A stretch of DNA of 64,000 nt, taken from Planctomycetota bacterium (GTDB lineage Bacteria; Planctomycetota; UBA1135; UBA2386). Below the pieces are notes generated by a model that saw only the letters and a list, made by a program, of their open reading frames with translations, had not been told where the DNA came from and did no database searches. The DNA is taken from NCBI GenBank assembly GCA_965228735.1, contig OZ245838.1:1403011-1467010 (forward strand), given 5' to 3'. Positions 1 to 9,819 of this stretch are shown one piece after another. Within the stretch, counting starts at the first letter, position 1; each line of letters opens with the position of its first letter. A program made the position numbers and the translations under genes.

Positions 1-2999
1 ATGTCCTCCTGCGCCGCGTTGGTCGGCATGCGGCGTTCGCCCTGCTGCGCCGGTTCGGGGTTCGCCAACTCGAGATCGCCCGCCCAATTCTCATCGAGGC
101 CGCTGCCGATGTTGATCGGCCCCATGCCCTGGATCTGCAGCTGAATCGGTCGCGGACTGGTCAGGAACCCGCGCGCCACGGCAAACCCACCGACTGCCGA
201 ACCGAGGCGCGTCTCACCCACCATCATCGGCGAGTCCGGCGACAGGAGGTTGCAGTAGCCGTAGAGCTCGACGCGCGCACCAACGGGGTGGGACGGGTAC
301 ACGTCGAGGTTGACGCCCTGCAGCTGATCGATGTCGATCGACGGATTGCCCTCGGCATCCAGCGGGATATCCGGTCGATGCTCGCTCGCGATCTGCCGCG
401 CGCCGCGCCCCCCGAACGAGTCGAGCCACTGGCACTGGAACGTGTTGCCGCTCACCGCGGTGTACTCGAACAGCTCGGTGCCGATCCGCAGCACCCCCTG
501 CGGCGGGAACCCATCCGCGTCCTCGACGTCGATGTTGAGGTAGCGCTGGTTGCCGGCACCCGGCGGGAACGTGTTCTGCGTGATCTGCGCCTGCGGATCG
601 AACGCGTCGATCGGCGACGTGAGATACGTCACGAACTGCTGCTTGCCGCGCGGCACGCCGTCGACGTGCAGCGACAGGTCGTGCGGCCGGCCGCTCTGCG
701 CCGAGACCGCGAGGTGTACGGGCGTGTCCGCCGGCAGGTTGATCTCCGCGAGCGGCACCTCGACGCGCAGCGACGTGCGCTCGACACCCGCCGGCGAATC
801 AGCCGGGTTGGGATCGAGCCCCGCCTCGTCGAGCATCTCGAGCACGAGGTTGCCGTCGCGCCCGAGCAGCGCGAGCCGGTTGCGTTCGAGGTCGCCGTCG
901 CCGTGATCGAGCAGCGTCACGCTGTCGAGCGTCTGCGGCTCCGCCCAGAACTTGACCGCGAACGGGTGCATGAACCCCATGTCCGCGCTGAACGGGAAGT
1001 TGATCTGGTGGCGGTTGCCGCCCTGCTGGGCGCCGCCGCTCCGGTTGGCCGGGCCGGTGTTCTGCATCAGGTACGGCCCGTCCTTGCTGACGTCCTGCCC
1101 GCGCGGATCGAGCCCGAGCGCGAAGCTCTCGTAGCCGCGGATCGTGCGGGCCCACGTCACGGCGGGCGTCGACGCCGGCCCCGGACGCATGCCCGCATCG
1201 ACGTCGTCCTTCGACGCATAGCGCGGCGCGCCGAGCCCAATGCCCGGGAACGCGTGCGCGATCAGGTGCGGGTTGTGACGGCCCGCGGGATCGACGCCGG
1301 CCTCGTTGGGCGGCACCGAACCGAGGTTGACCGGCGTCGTGAGCCAGAACGGCGCGCGCCGATCGAGGCGGAACGCATTTTCGAACTGTTCCTGCGTGCG
1401 CCAGTCGAGGTCGAGCTGGAAGCCCGGCACGGCGGCCGCGATGCCGACGCGCTCGTGGCGCGCCGCGATGTCGGCCGACAGCCGGCTGCGCTTGAGACTC
1501 GCCGCCGCGCGGAACCGGATCCACGGGCCGCTGTCGAAGCAGACCGGCGCGCTCCCCATCTCGAGGATCGCATCGCGCCCGGTGCGCAGGTTGCGATAGA
1601 GCAGCACCCACTGCATCTTCGACGCGAAGCCGTTCGCCGCATCGAGCCGCGGCACGAACAGGCGCTCGCAGAGATCCTGCCAGCTCCGGTACGGCCCGTC
1701 GTTCTCGCGGCTGCTCACGATCTCGTCGACGAGCGCTTTCGCCGTGCGCCGGGTGATCGGCATCGGCGGCTGGGTCTGCTGGCGGCCACCCGCGTGCACC
1801 CGGATGTCGCTCGCGCGCCGGTTGTCCTCGAACACCGCCATGAGCACGTTGGCGGGCGCCGTGTTGATGTTGACGGGCGGCGGCACGAGCGGCTCGACGA
1901 CGGTCGTGTCCGCGGCGAACGTCCGCGCCACCGGCATGAGCAGCTCGAGCCGGAAGATCGACGGCAGCACGAGGTCGCGCTGCGTGCGCTCCTGCATGTT
2001 CGTCGAGCGCATCACGACGTTGTACTCGACCGCGCCGCTCTCCATGTCGCGCAGCCGAACGGTGCTGCCCGCACCGACGTGGATCGCGTTCTTCACGCGC
2101 AGGCTGCGCGACAGCCCCGCCTGCATCGTGTCGAACACGCGCACGGGCCGCCCCCAGGTCGCCGACCGATGCGCCATCGTCGTGACGTGCAGCGCGGCTT
2201 CGAACTTGTCGATCTCCGGTTGCGAGAACTGGCCGATGCCGAACTCACCGACCTCGGCAAGCTCCGACACGGCAGCGTAGGGCCGGCGATCGGCCACGGA
2301 CGACGCGCGGCCGAGGTGCGGCCACGCGGCCGCGATCACGCAGCGGAAGTCGAGCGCGAGCAGCCGCACGGGATACGGCTCGGTCGGCTTGGCGAAGCCC
2401 TGGTCCTGGAACAACGCCCGTTCGAGCTCGAGGAGGCGATTGCCCTCCTTGCTGCCGTAGCGGATGACCTCGTGCCCGATCCAGAGGAAGCCCTCGTCGG
2501 GCAGCGATTCGGCCTGGTCGACGACCATCGCGCCCGCATCGGGCTCGAGCGGCTCGGCCAGGCGCACGGCCGTGCCGAGGACGTTCGCGAGCACGAGCGG
2601 CGAGGCCGCGTCGAGCGCCAGGTAGCGCTGCAGGTCCTCGACGCTGCCGCCGAGCGTGGTCCGCCCGTTGCTCTGCATCTGGGTCATCGCCTCGGGCAAC
2701 ACGACCCGGTCGGGCAGCTCCGCGAGCCCGTCGAACTCCGGATCCTCGTCGAACGGCGGATGCGACAGCACGGCATCGGCGATCAGCAGGTCGCGCACGC
2801 TCGCGGACGCCTGCTCGGCGCGCGCGGAGTCGACCTCACGCGCCGCGGCGTCGGCGCCCGCAGTCATGGACACGCTGAACGGCAGCGCCAGCAGCATCAG
2901 CAGCGTGAGCGCGAACAGCACCGCGAGCAGCGCAACGCCGCGCTCACCGCGCTCGAACCGACCGCGCGACTCGACTCGCGACATCAAGACCGTCGTCAT
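1..2999 (-). CDS. Giant GspK/PilX-like minor (pseudo)pilin, 3' end truncated by the window edge (>=999 aa); absent from the supplied ORF track
   Basis: ATG at 2999 overlaps the TGA (2996-2998) of the upstream pilin (ATGA coupling). Manual translation gives MTTVLMSRVESRGRFERGERGVALLAVLFALTLLMLLALPF (prepilin-like G|xALL start plus hydrophobic helix), and later in frame PYAAVSELAEV and PVNINTAPANVL (GspK-like HhH motif). No stop was seen in the portions translated. Confidence 0.75.
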   Translation of the reverse strand, partial: MTTVLMSRVESRGRFERGERGVALLAVLFALTLLMLLALPFSVSMTAGADAAAREVDSARAEQASASVRDLLIADAVLSHPPFDEDPEFDGLAELPDRVVLPEAMTQMQSNGRTTLGGSVEDLQRYLALDAASPLVLANVLGTAVRLAEPLEPDAGAMVVDQAESLPDEGFLWIGHEVIRYGSKEGNRLLELERALFQDQGFAKPTEPYPVRLLALDFRCVIAAAWPHLGRASSVADRRPYAAVSELAEVGEFGIGQFSQPEIDKFEAALHVTTMAHRSATWGRPVRVFDTMQAGLSRSLRVKNAIHVGAGSTVRLRDMESGAVEYNVVMRSTNMQERTQRDLVLPSIFRLELLMPVARTFAADTTVVEPLVPPPVNINTAPANVLMAVFEDNRRASDIRVHAGGRQQTQPPMPITRRTAKALVDEIVSSRENDGPYRSWQDLCERLFVPRLDAANGFASKMQWVLLYRNLRTGRDAILEMGSAPVCFDSGPWIRFRAAASLKRSRLSADIAARHERVGIAAAVPGFQLDLDWRTQEQFENAFRLDRRAPFWLTTPVNLGSVPPNEAGVDPAGRHNPHLIAHAFPGIGLGAPRYASKDDVDAGMRPGPASTPAVTWARTIRGYESFALGLDPRGQDVSKDGPYLMQNTGPANRSGGAQQGGNRHQINFPFSADMGFMHPFAVKFWAEPQTLDSVTLLDHGDGDLERNRLALLGRDGNLVLEMLDEAGLDPNPADSPAGVERTSLRVEVPLAEINLPADTPVHLAVSAQSGRPHDLSLHVDGVPRGKQQFVTYLTSPIDAFDPQAQITQNTFPPGAGNQRYLNIDVEDADGFPPQGVLRIGTELFEYTAVSGNTFQCQWLDSFGGRGARQIASEHRPDIPLDAEGNPSIDIDQLQGVNLDVYPSHPVGARVELYGYCNLLSPDSPMMVGETRLGSAVGGFAVARGFLTSPRPIQLQIQGMGPINIGSGLDENWAGDLELANPEPAQQGERRMPTNAAQED

Positions 3000-3952
3000 T
3001 GCTGTTCCTCCAGCGTCAGCAGCTTGACCTCGGTCGAACCGAGCGGCTCGCCCGTGGCGCTGAACTCGATGCGGTAGGGTCGGTCCGGCTGCAGTTGCGT
3101 GGGCAGGTACTGGGTCGGGCCGAAGCCGTAGGCGAACACCCGCAGCTCGTCGACCATGCCGGCGATCGCATCGTCGCCCGGCGAGACGACGAGCTCGTCG
3201 CCGTCGTCCTGCAGCGGCCGACCGTCCGCGATCTCGCGGTCGACCTCACGGCCGTCGATCGTGAGCCAGCATTCGCGGCCGTCGCACGCGAATTCGACGG
3301 TGCTCCAGCGTCGCAGCGGCAGCGCCAGGTCGCTCTGCACGTTGGCGACGTTGCTCGCCTGCGCGGACCCACCGGTGAGCCTGAGCCGCGCCCACGGCCG
3401 GCTGTCGGCATCGAGCCGGAGGTCGACGACGCCGCCCCAGCTCAGCAGCGTCGCGTCACCGCGCGCCTCGAGGTAGACGTCGCAGCGGATCGCGAAGCCG
3501 TCCGACAGATCCGCCACCGTCGGCGGCGCGGCCCAGCGCAGGATCGGCACCTCACGCTCGGGATCGTTGCGGCGCGCGTGCCCGAACCGACCGTTCTCGA
3601 CGTCGCGCCCGGCGATGACCGGCCGCAGCGTCTCGTCGGCGACCGGCTCGTCCGGTTCGAAGTGGAACGACACGACGGGCTCGAGCAGGCGTGAGCGCAC
3701 GGTCGCCGGCTGACCGTCCACGCCCGGCACAACGATGACCTCGGTCGGCAGACCGCCGGCCCGCGCCGTCCACTGCGCCGCCCGCAGTTCGCCGCCGAGC
3801 ACCGCGTCCGCGACCTGATACGGGTCCGTCCGCCCGAGATACCCGACCGCGAGTCCGAACAGCACGGCGAGCACACCGCAGACGACCATGAGTTCGAGCA
3901 GCGTGAAGCCCGCTGCCATCCGGTCCGCTCGGTTCGTCGTCGCTGCTGTCAT
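2996..3952 (-). CDS. Prepilin-type N-terminal cleavage/methylation protein with C-terminal LamG/concanavalin-like domain
   Basis: AAG|FTLLELMVVCGVLAVLFGLAV motif. The C-terminal WSTVEFACDGRECWLTIDG...IAGMVDELRVF matches the LamG-type pattern. An alternative start lies at MAAGFTLLE. Confidence 0.8.
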   Translation of the reverse strand: MTAATTNRADRMAAGFTLLELMVVCGVLAVLFGLAVGYLGRTDPYQVADAVLGGELRAAQWTARAGGLPTEVIVVPGVDGQPATVRSRLLEPVVSFHFEPDEPVADETLRPVIAGRDVENGRFGHARRNDPEREVPILRWAAPPTVADLSDGFAIRCDVYLEARGDATLLSWGGVVDLRLDADSRPWARLRLTGGSAQASNVANVQSDLALPLRRWSTVEFACDGRECWLTIDGREVDREIADGRPLQDDGDELVVSPGDDAIAGMVDELRVFAYGFGPTQYLPTQLQPDRPYRIEFSATGEPLGSTEVKLLTLEEQQ

Positions 3953-3974
3953 TCGGCGCTCGCGCTGGTTCTGG

Positions 3975-4619
3975 TCAGTTCCTGGGCCACACGATGTCGT
4001 CGTCCGTGCCGAACGTCCGGTCCTTGCCGGCGCTCACGAACTGGTATTTCCGCGCGCCGACGAAGTCACCGCCAGCGGTGCGCGCAGCCTGAACGTCCTG
4101 GCTCTGACCGTCGATGCCGACGATCGCCTGGGACTGCTTCATCGTGAACTTGGTGAAGTACGCGATCGGCGTGCCCCAGGCGTCCGCGATCTCGATCCGG
4201 TCCGACCGCCCGCCGAGCAGCCGATGTTCGGCCCCGTGCTGGTCCTCGTCCGTGTTCACGATGTTCTGGTCGAGCCCGCCGAGATCCGTGCCGCCGCGCC
4301 GCGAATGGCTCACGAACGCGACGAGCGATTCGATGCCGGTGTTGCGACCGTTGTCGCGCTTCCAGCCGGCAGCGGCCTTCTCGAGCTCGTGCCCCTTCTC
4401 GGGGAATGTCATGTCCGCCGGCGGGTAGACCCCGTGCGACCGTTCGAACGACGAACACGCGCTGTCGAGCTGCACGAAGATCGCCTCCGTCTCGGCCGCG
4501 GCCGCCTCGTCGTTCGCGCCCATGATGTTGGGCAACAGCGCGGCGGCGAGCAGGCCGAGGATCGCGATGACGATCATGAGCTCGACGAGGGTGAATCCGG
4601 CGGTCTTGTAGTTCTGCAT
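3975..4619 (-). CDS. Type IV pilin / GspG-like major (pseudo)pilin
   Basis: MQNYKTAG|FTLVELMIVIAILGLLAAALLP; D-A-W-G-T-P and SAGKDRTFGTDDDI motifs typical of GspG-like proteins. Start re-assigned to ATG 4619. Confidence 0.85.
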   Translation of the reverse strand: MQNYKTAGFTLVELMIVIAILGLLAAALLPNIMGANDEAAAAETEAIFVQLDSACSSFERSHGVYPPADMTFPEKGHELEKAAAGWKRDNGRNTGIESLVAFVSHSRRGGTDLGGLDQNIVNTDEDQHGAEHRLLGGRSDRIEIADAWGTPIAYFTKFTMKQSQAIVGIDGQSQDVQAARTAGGDFVGARKYQFVSAGKDRTFGTDDDIVWPRN

Positions 4620-4639
4620 CTCGATAGTTCTCAGCGGTA

Positions 4640-4669
4640 CCAAACTCAACGCTCCCAAACTCAACGTTC
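4640..4669. repeat. 15-bp tandem duplication (ccaaactcaacgctc / ccaaactcaacgttc) spanning the stop codon of the TPR gene
   Basis: Read directly; one mismatch between copies. Confidence 0.85.
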
Positions 4670-7375
4670 CTTATTGCGCTCCAGCACGTAGTCGTCGAAC
4701 ACCACGTCGCACTGCGCGCCAGGCTGCCCCTCGACGAACAGAACCGTATCGAGCGTGGTCTGGGTCGATCCGCTGAGCCGCTTGAGCTCGCGCTGGTGGA
4801 TGACCTGACCGTCCCAGCTGACCATCAGCACGAACGTGTTGCCGGCCTGCTTGCCCTGCGGCAGCACGCGCAGTTCGAGGCGGTGCTTGCCCGAGCGCGT
4901 GAAGTTGCCGACGCCGAGGTCGGCCGCCTTGAAGCGCTCGACCTCCTTGTCGTCGATCACGAAGTAGGGTTCGCCGTCCCGGACGCCGAGATCGGCGCGG
5001 AAGCCGTTGCGGCTGCTGCTGCCCTGCTGGGCCTGGATCCGCAGCCCGGCAAACCCGGAGCGCGAATGCGACGAGCCGAGCTGCATGTCGATGGCGACGG
5101 CGAGGAAGTTCTTGCCGTTCTGGATCGCGTTGTTGCGCTTGGCCGAGACGAGACCGCGACCACCGGTCGGGAACTTGCCCTGGATCACGAGCTTGCCGCC
5201 CTCGATCTTCGGCCGCAGGGTGCCCTCGTACCCGATATCCCAGACGCTGCCGAGATCCCGGCGCTCGAAGCCGTCCTCGAGCATCTCCTTCTTCGCGTGC
5301 TCGTCGATCGCGATGCGCGTGTCGTCGGCCCAGAGCTTGAACGGGTCCTCCTTGCCGAGGTCCTCGCCCATGCGCAGCAGCACGGCGACCGCGTCGTCCA
5401 CGCGGCCGAGCGCGTAGTCGACGACGGCGAGCGCACCGCGCGCGAACAGCTTGTCGGTGTCGTTTTCCGCGACGTTCTGCGCCCGCATGAACGCGGCCCG
5501 GGCGCCGCGCTGGTCCGTGGCGGCGAAGTGCTGCAGACCCTGCATGATGTAGAGCTCCGCACGCTCGAGCGGTGCAAGCTGCACGGCCCGATCCGAGTAG
5601 CGCGCGGCATCGAGCGCGAGCTGCGCGGACTGGGCCCCGAACTCGATCACGGCGCGCTCGCCGAGCACCTGCGACTTCTCGACGATCGCGTGCACGAAGT
5701 CGTCGTGATGCGCGAGCGCGTTCGACAGCGCCTCCTGGCTCTGGTCGAGCTGGCCGTTGAGCCGCATCGCGCGGCCGCGCAGGTACAGCGAGTAGGCGTC
5801 CTGCGGGTTGGCCTCGAGCGCCCGGTCGGCCCACGCGAGCGACGCCTCGAAGTTGCCGATCCTCTGATAGAGCAGCGCCATGCCGCTCGCGGCCCGGTGG
5901 CGCAGGAGCGGCGCATCGCGGTACACCTCGAGCAGCGCATCGCAGGCCTCCTGCCAGCGCTCGAGCCGCAGCAGGCACGCCGCCGCGCCGAGGCGCGCCT
6001 CGTTGCGTGCCCGGATGCCGGCCGACCCCACGCCCTGGAACAGCCCGAGCGCCCGCTCGACCTCGCCGGCGGCGTAGGCGATCGCGCCGTCGAGCACCGG
6101 CGGCGCGATCGTCGACGCGACCTCGGAGCGCGCATCGCGCGCGCCCTGCACGTCGCCCACCGCGAGCCGGCACGACACGATGATGCGCACGACCCGCGAC
6201 TTCTCGGTGTTCTGCTGCAGCGCGCCGAAGTGGCGCTCGGCGCGGTCGGCGAACGCCACGGCCTCGCCGCTGCGCTCCTGATCGAGCAGGAACTCGGCGA
6301 GCGACGCGAGGCTGCCCGCGTCGTTCGGCGTGAGCTCGACGGCCCGCCGCAGGTTCTGCTCCGCGTCGACGCGCAGCCCGAGGCGGGCCTGCAGCCGGCC
6401 GAGGCTCTCGTAGCGGAACGACGTCTCGCGCAGTTCGCCAGTCATGCCCATGAGCAGCTGCAGCTCCTGCTGCACGTCGCCCATGGCCTGCAGCACCCGC
6501 TGCTGCCAGCGCAGACCGCGCAGCTCGCCCTTGGCGATCGCGGTGATCTCCTTGGCCTGCTCGAGCGCGTCCTCGTAGACGGACACGTCCTCCTTGGCCC
6601 ACTCGAGCAGGTCGACGATCAGCACCTCGCGTTCGTCGACGCCGCTGTAGCCGGACGGGATCGCGCGGCGCCGGCGCTCGATCTCGTTGCGCAGGTTGTC
6701 CGCCAGCGCGATCCGCTCGACCACACCGCTCGTCGGGTTCGAACCGACGAACTCCACCTCGTTGCCGAGTTGGCCCTTGCTGACGCGGTAGACGCGGATC
6801 CGAACCACGACGTCGCTGAAGTCGGTGAGCTTCTCCGCGTCGAACTTGTTCATCCCGTCGACGGACACGAATCCGAAGAGCGGGTTCCGCATGCCGGCCT
6901 GCCAAACCCGATCGTAGGTCTTGGCGGCCTGCTCCCGCATCTGCTCCGGGTCGGGCGGCCCCTCGACCGCCGTCGGATCCTGGGTCTCGTCCTCGCTCGG
7001 GGTCTCGGCCGCGGTCTCGGACACGGTGGCGCCCTGCGCAACGCCACCGTCCATCGCAAGCCGCACGAGATTGCGATAGTCGAACCCGGTCGGCAGCGGC
7101 AGCGCCGCGACCGACGCGGGCGAACGCGGCGGGAAGTCGAGATCGCGCGGCGGCAGCGGTCGGGTCTCGCGCGGCTGCGTGAACAGGTCGCGGCGCGTCG
7201 GCACGGGCGCGTCGGTCTCGACGAGCGGCGCCTTGGCTACGGGCATGACCTCGAGGTCCGTCGGGTTCGGGAGCCGCCCCTGGAGCACCACGGCACCCTG
7301 CATGTAGGCGTAGACCCCGTAGGCGCCGAGCAGGATCGCGATCAGCGCGAGGACTTGTTCTTTCTTCAGACTCAC
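4661..7375 (-). CDS. Membrane-anchored TPR-repeat protein (904 aa) with beta-rich C-terminal domain
   Basis: N-terminal hydrophobic helix and multiple TPR-like helical repeats (e.g. ASLAWADRALEANPQDAYSLYLRGRAM). GTG start overlaps the stop of the PilO-like gene. Confidence 0.75.
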   Translation of the reverse strand: MSLKKEQVLALIAILLGAYGVYAYMQGAVVLQGRLPNPTDLEVMPVAKAPLVETDAPVPTRRDLFTQPRETRPLPPRDLDFPPRSPASVAALPLPTGFDYRNLVRLAMDGGVAQGATVSETAAETPSEDETQDPTAVEGPPDPEQMREQAAKTYDRVWQAGMRNPLFGFVSVDGMNKFDAEKLTDFSDVVVRIRVYRVSKGQLGNEVEFVGSNPTSGVVERIALADNLRNEIERRRRAIPSGYSGVDEREVLIVDLLEWAKEDVSVYEDALEQAKEITAIAKGELRGLRWQQRVLQAMGDVQQELQLLMGMTGELRETSFRYESLGRLQARLGLRVDAEQNLRRAVELTPNDAGSLASLAEFLLDQERSGEAVAFADRAERHFGALQQNTEKSRVVRIIVSCRLAVGDVQGARDARSEVASTIAPPVLDGAIAYAAGEVERALGLFQGVGSAGIRARNEARLGAAACLLRLERWQEACDALLEVYRDAPLLRHRAASGMALLYQRIGNFEASLAWADRALEANPQDAYSLYLRGRAMRLNGQLDQSQEALSNALAHHDDFVHAIVEKSQVLGERAVIEFGAQSAQLALDAARYSDRAVQLAPLERAELYIMQGLQHFAATDQRGARAAFMRAQNVAENDTDKLFARGALAVVDYALGRVDDAVAVLLRMGEDLGKEDPFKLWADDTRIAIDEHAKKEMLEDGFERRDLGSVWDIGYEGTLRPKIEGGKLVIQGKFPTGGRGLVSAKRNNAIQNGKNFLAVAIDMQLGSSHSRSGFAGLRIQAQQGSSSRNGFRADLGVRDGEPYFVIDDKEVERFKAADLGVGNFTRSGKHRLELRVLPQGKQAGNTFVLMVSWDGQVIHQRELKRLSGSTQTTLDTVLFVEGQPGAQCDVVFDDYVLERNKER

Positions 7376-8184
7376 TTCGGCGACTCCTTGAACGCGATGC
7401 CGGTCAGGGTCCCTTGCACGACCACGGGCTCACCGATCTGCTCGGGCTGCTGCATCTGCACGTTCTCGACCACGAGCGTGCGCCCCGGCTCGCGACACGA
7501 TTCGAAGAACCGCGTGAGCGTCGCGGCGTCAGCTTCGAACTTGAACGCCACGCGCTCCTGTTCGACGTAGTCCGCGAGGTCGACGCCGTCACGGCCACCG
7601 CGCCGGAACCGCGGCCGCGACGACCGCTTCCGGACGTCGGCCCGCAGCTGCAGGATCGAGCGCAGCCCGACCGCGTCGGGATCGGCGGCGAACGCCGCGT
7701 CGTGCGCCGCGAACAGGCGCTTCGTCGCCTCGTCCAGCAGTTCGATCGCGAACATCACGCGCTTGATCTCGTCGACGCTGGAGGGCACCGGCCACTGGAT
7801 CTCGCGCTCGGTCACCTCGACGTTGCGCTCGTTGGCCCGATCGGCGATCGCGGCCTTGAGCTCCCGGCTCTTCTCGAACAGCAGACTGCCCGCGTCCTGC
7901 CCGGCCGCGACCTGGTAGTCCGCGCCGCGCTCGAAGGCCAGCACGCTCTCGAGTCGCTGGCGCTCGGCCTGCAGCGCCTCCTGCTCGGCGAGCAGATCGT
8001 CCTGCGCGTTCTTGCCGTAGAGCTCGCGCGGCAGCTGGTTGCGCATCCGCGACAGTCCGCTGCGCGCCGCCGCCGGATCGTAGATCGACTCGATCACGGC
8101 TTGCCCGATGAGGAACAGGATGAACCCGACCACCACGCCGATCAGCCAGCGCTTGTTCTCCTGCACGAATGCTCCGATGTCCAT
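7372..8184 (-). CDS. PilO/GspM-like inner-membrane alignment protein
   Basis: N-terminal TM helix, coiled coil, C-terminal ferredoxin-like pattern (VAFKFEAD..LTRFFE...LVVENVQM); lies directly after pilM. Confidence 0.55.
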   Translation of the reverse strand: MDIGAFVQENKRWLIGVVVGFILFLIGQAVIESIYDPAAARSGLSRMRNQLPRELYGKNAQDDLLAEQEALQAERQRLESVLAFERGADYQVAAGQDAGSLLFEKSRELKAAIADRANERNVEVTEREIQWPVPSSVDEIKRVMFAIELLDEATKRLFAAHDAAFAADPDAVGLRSILQLRADVRKRSSRPRFRRGGRDGVDLADYVEQERVAFKFEADAATLTRFFESCREPGRTLVVENVQMQQPEQIGEPVVVQGTLTGIAFKESPK

Positions 8185-8199
8185 CTGGGTATCTCCCTG

Positions 8200-9816
8200 C
8201 TACTCCGTGCCGCCGAAACGGACCTTGAACTCGAATGGCAGCGTGTCGTCCACGCTGACGCCCCCGGTCTGGTCCACGGCCGCTCCGACCGCCTCGAGAT
8301 CGGCCTTCACCCGCTTGTAGAACTCGATGTAGACCTCGTTGACGTCCACACCGTTGATCTCCTTGCCGACGCCCTTGACGGTGATCGTCGTGCCCTTCGG
8401 CGCGTTGCGCGAACCGCCGCTCTTGCTGCCGACGTCGAACTTCTCGATCCACAGCTGCGGCGGCAGGTGCTCGGCGAGCGCGCGCTGCACGCGCAGCAGC
8501 CCGTTGAGCGGCACCGCCTGCGCGCTGAGGTGATCGACGAGGGCGCGCGCGACCTTGTTCTCCTCGATGAGCGACTCGGCCGCGGAGTGCACCGACCGCG
8601 CGCGGTTGATCGCCGCGCGTTCCCGACCAGCCGCTGCGGCGGCCGCCTCATAGGTCTCCTTGCTCTTCTGCATGATGAAGACCAGCAGCCCGATCGCGAC
8701 GAGCGCGGCGAGGATGTTCCAGACCGTGCGCTGCTGGAACTGCTGCTTCTTGCGCACCGACTCCGGCAGGATCGCGAGCTCGTAGAGCGTGTCGTCGAGC
8801 TGCCCCGCGGCGAGCCCGAGGGCGACGACGGCCTCGTAGCGCATCTCCTGCAGCTGCTCGGCGTCCTCTTCGGGCAAGCCCGACAGGTCGAGGTTGGCGA
8901 ACGGGTCGAACAGTTCGACCGGGCACCGCAGCTGTTCGCGCAGCATGCCGCGCACGCCGCGCAGGCGCGCGCCGCCGCCGCTGAGCAGCACGCGGTCGAG
9001 CCGCAGGTCCTGGATCTTGGTCTGCGCCTTGCAGAACGACAGCGAACTCTGGATCGCCGCGCTGATCGAGGTCGCCGCGCCGCCGACGGCCATCGTGACC
9101 TTCTCGGCCTGGCCGCTCGCGTAGCGCCCGCGCGACGCGGGATCGAGGTCGAGCAGGTCCTTCTTGAGCGTCTCGGCCTTGCGCGCGCCGACGTTGAACG
9201 ACGCCGCGATCGCGTCGTCGAGCGCCTTCGTGCCGGTCGTCAGGTTGCGCGCGAACAGCAGGTCGGTGCCGCGCACGAGCGCGATATCGATCGTCTCGTG
9301 GCCGATGTTGGCGAGACAGACGACGGTGTCGGGCTCGACCGGGCCGCATTTGAGGAACGCGTTGTAGAGCGCCGTGCAGTTGGGCGTGAACGCGCCGGCA
9401 CCGCCGCCCGCGTCCTTGAGGTCGCCCTCCATGCGCTCGAGGCTCTCGTCCTTCGCGAGCGCGAGCAGGATCGTCTCGACCTCACCCTCGGGATCCTCGA
9501 TCGGCAGCAGGTTGTAGTCGGCCGACAGCGAACCGCCCGACTGCTGCGACAGGTCCTGGATCTCGAGATCCATGAGGTTGCGCAGCTGCCAGTCCGGCGT
9601 CGGCGGCACCTGACTGTAACGCAGCGTCATGTCCTTGCCGGCGAGGCCGCACACGACGTCCTTGAGCGGAATGTCCGACTCGGCGAGCGACACCGGGTTC
9701 TCGCCGCGCGGCAGACCCGCGAAGCGCGTGACGCGCAGGCCGTGCTTCGTGGTCTCCGCGACGAGCACCTTGGCCGAGTGATGGCCGATGTCGACGGCAG
9801 TGGATTTCTTGGCCAT
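8200..9816 (-). CDS. pilM: PilM-like actin-fold protein fused to a PilN-like TM/periplasmic domain
   Basis: AVDIGHHSAKV, ANIGHETIDI, VLLSGGGARLRG and PVELFDPF motifs, followed by TM helix (WNILAALVAIGLLVFIM), coiled coil and LPPQLWIEKF (PilN-like). Confidence 0.85.
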   Translation of the reverse strand: MAKKSTAVDIGHHSAKVLVAETTKHGLRVTRFAGLPRGENPVSLAESDIPLKDVVCGLAGKDMTLRYSQVPPTPDWQLRNLMDLEIQDLSQQSGGSLSADYNLLPIEDPEGEVETILLALAKDESLERMEGDLKDAGGGAGAFTPNCTALYNAFLKCGPVEPDTVVCLANIGHETIDIALVRGTDLLFARNLTTGTKALDDAIAASFNVGARKAETLKKDLLDLDPASRGRYASGQAEKVTMAVGGAATSISAAIQSSLSFCKAQTKIQDLRLDRVLLSGGGARLRGVRGMLREQLRCPVELFDPFANLDLSGLPEEDAEQLQEMRYEAVVALGLAAGQLDDTLYELAILPESVRKKQQFQQRTVWNILAALVAIGLLVFIMQKSKETYEAAAAAAGRERAAINRARSVHSAAESLIEENKVARALVDHLSAQAVPLNGLLRVQRALAEHLPPQLWIEKFDVGSKSGGSRNAPKGTTITVKGVGKEINGVDVNEVYIEFYKRVKADLEAVGAAVDQTGGVSVDDTLPFEFKVRFGGTE

Positions 9817-9819
9817 GCC

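Noticed and set aside
288-3077. 929-aa plus-strand ORF
   Set aside because: Antisense shadow of the GspK-like gene; Arg/Val-rich low-information sequence typical of high-GC opposite strands.
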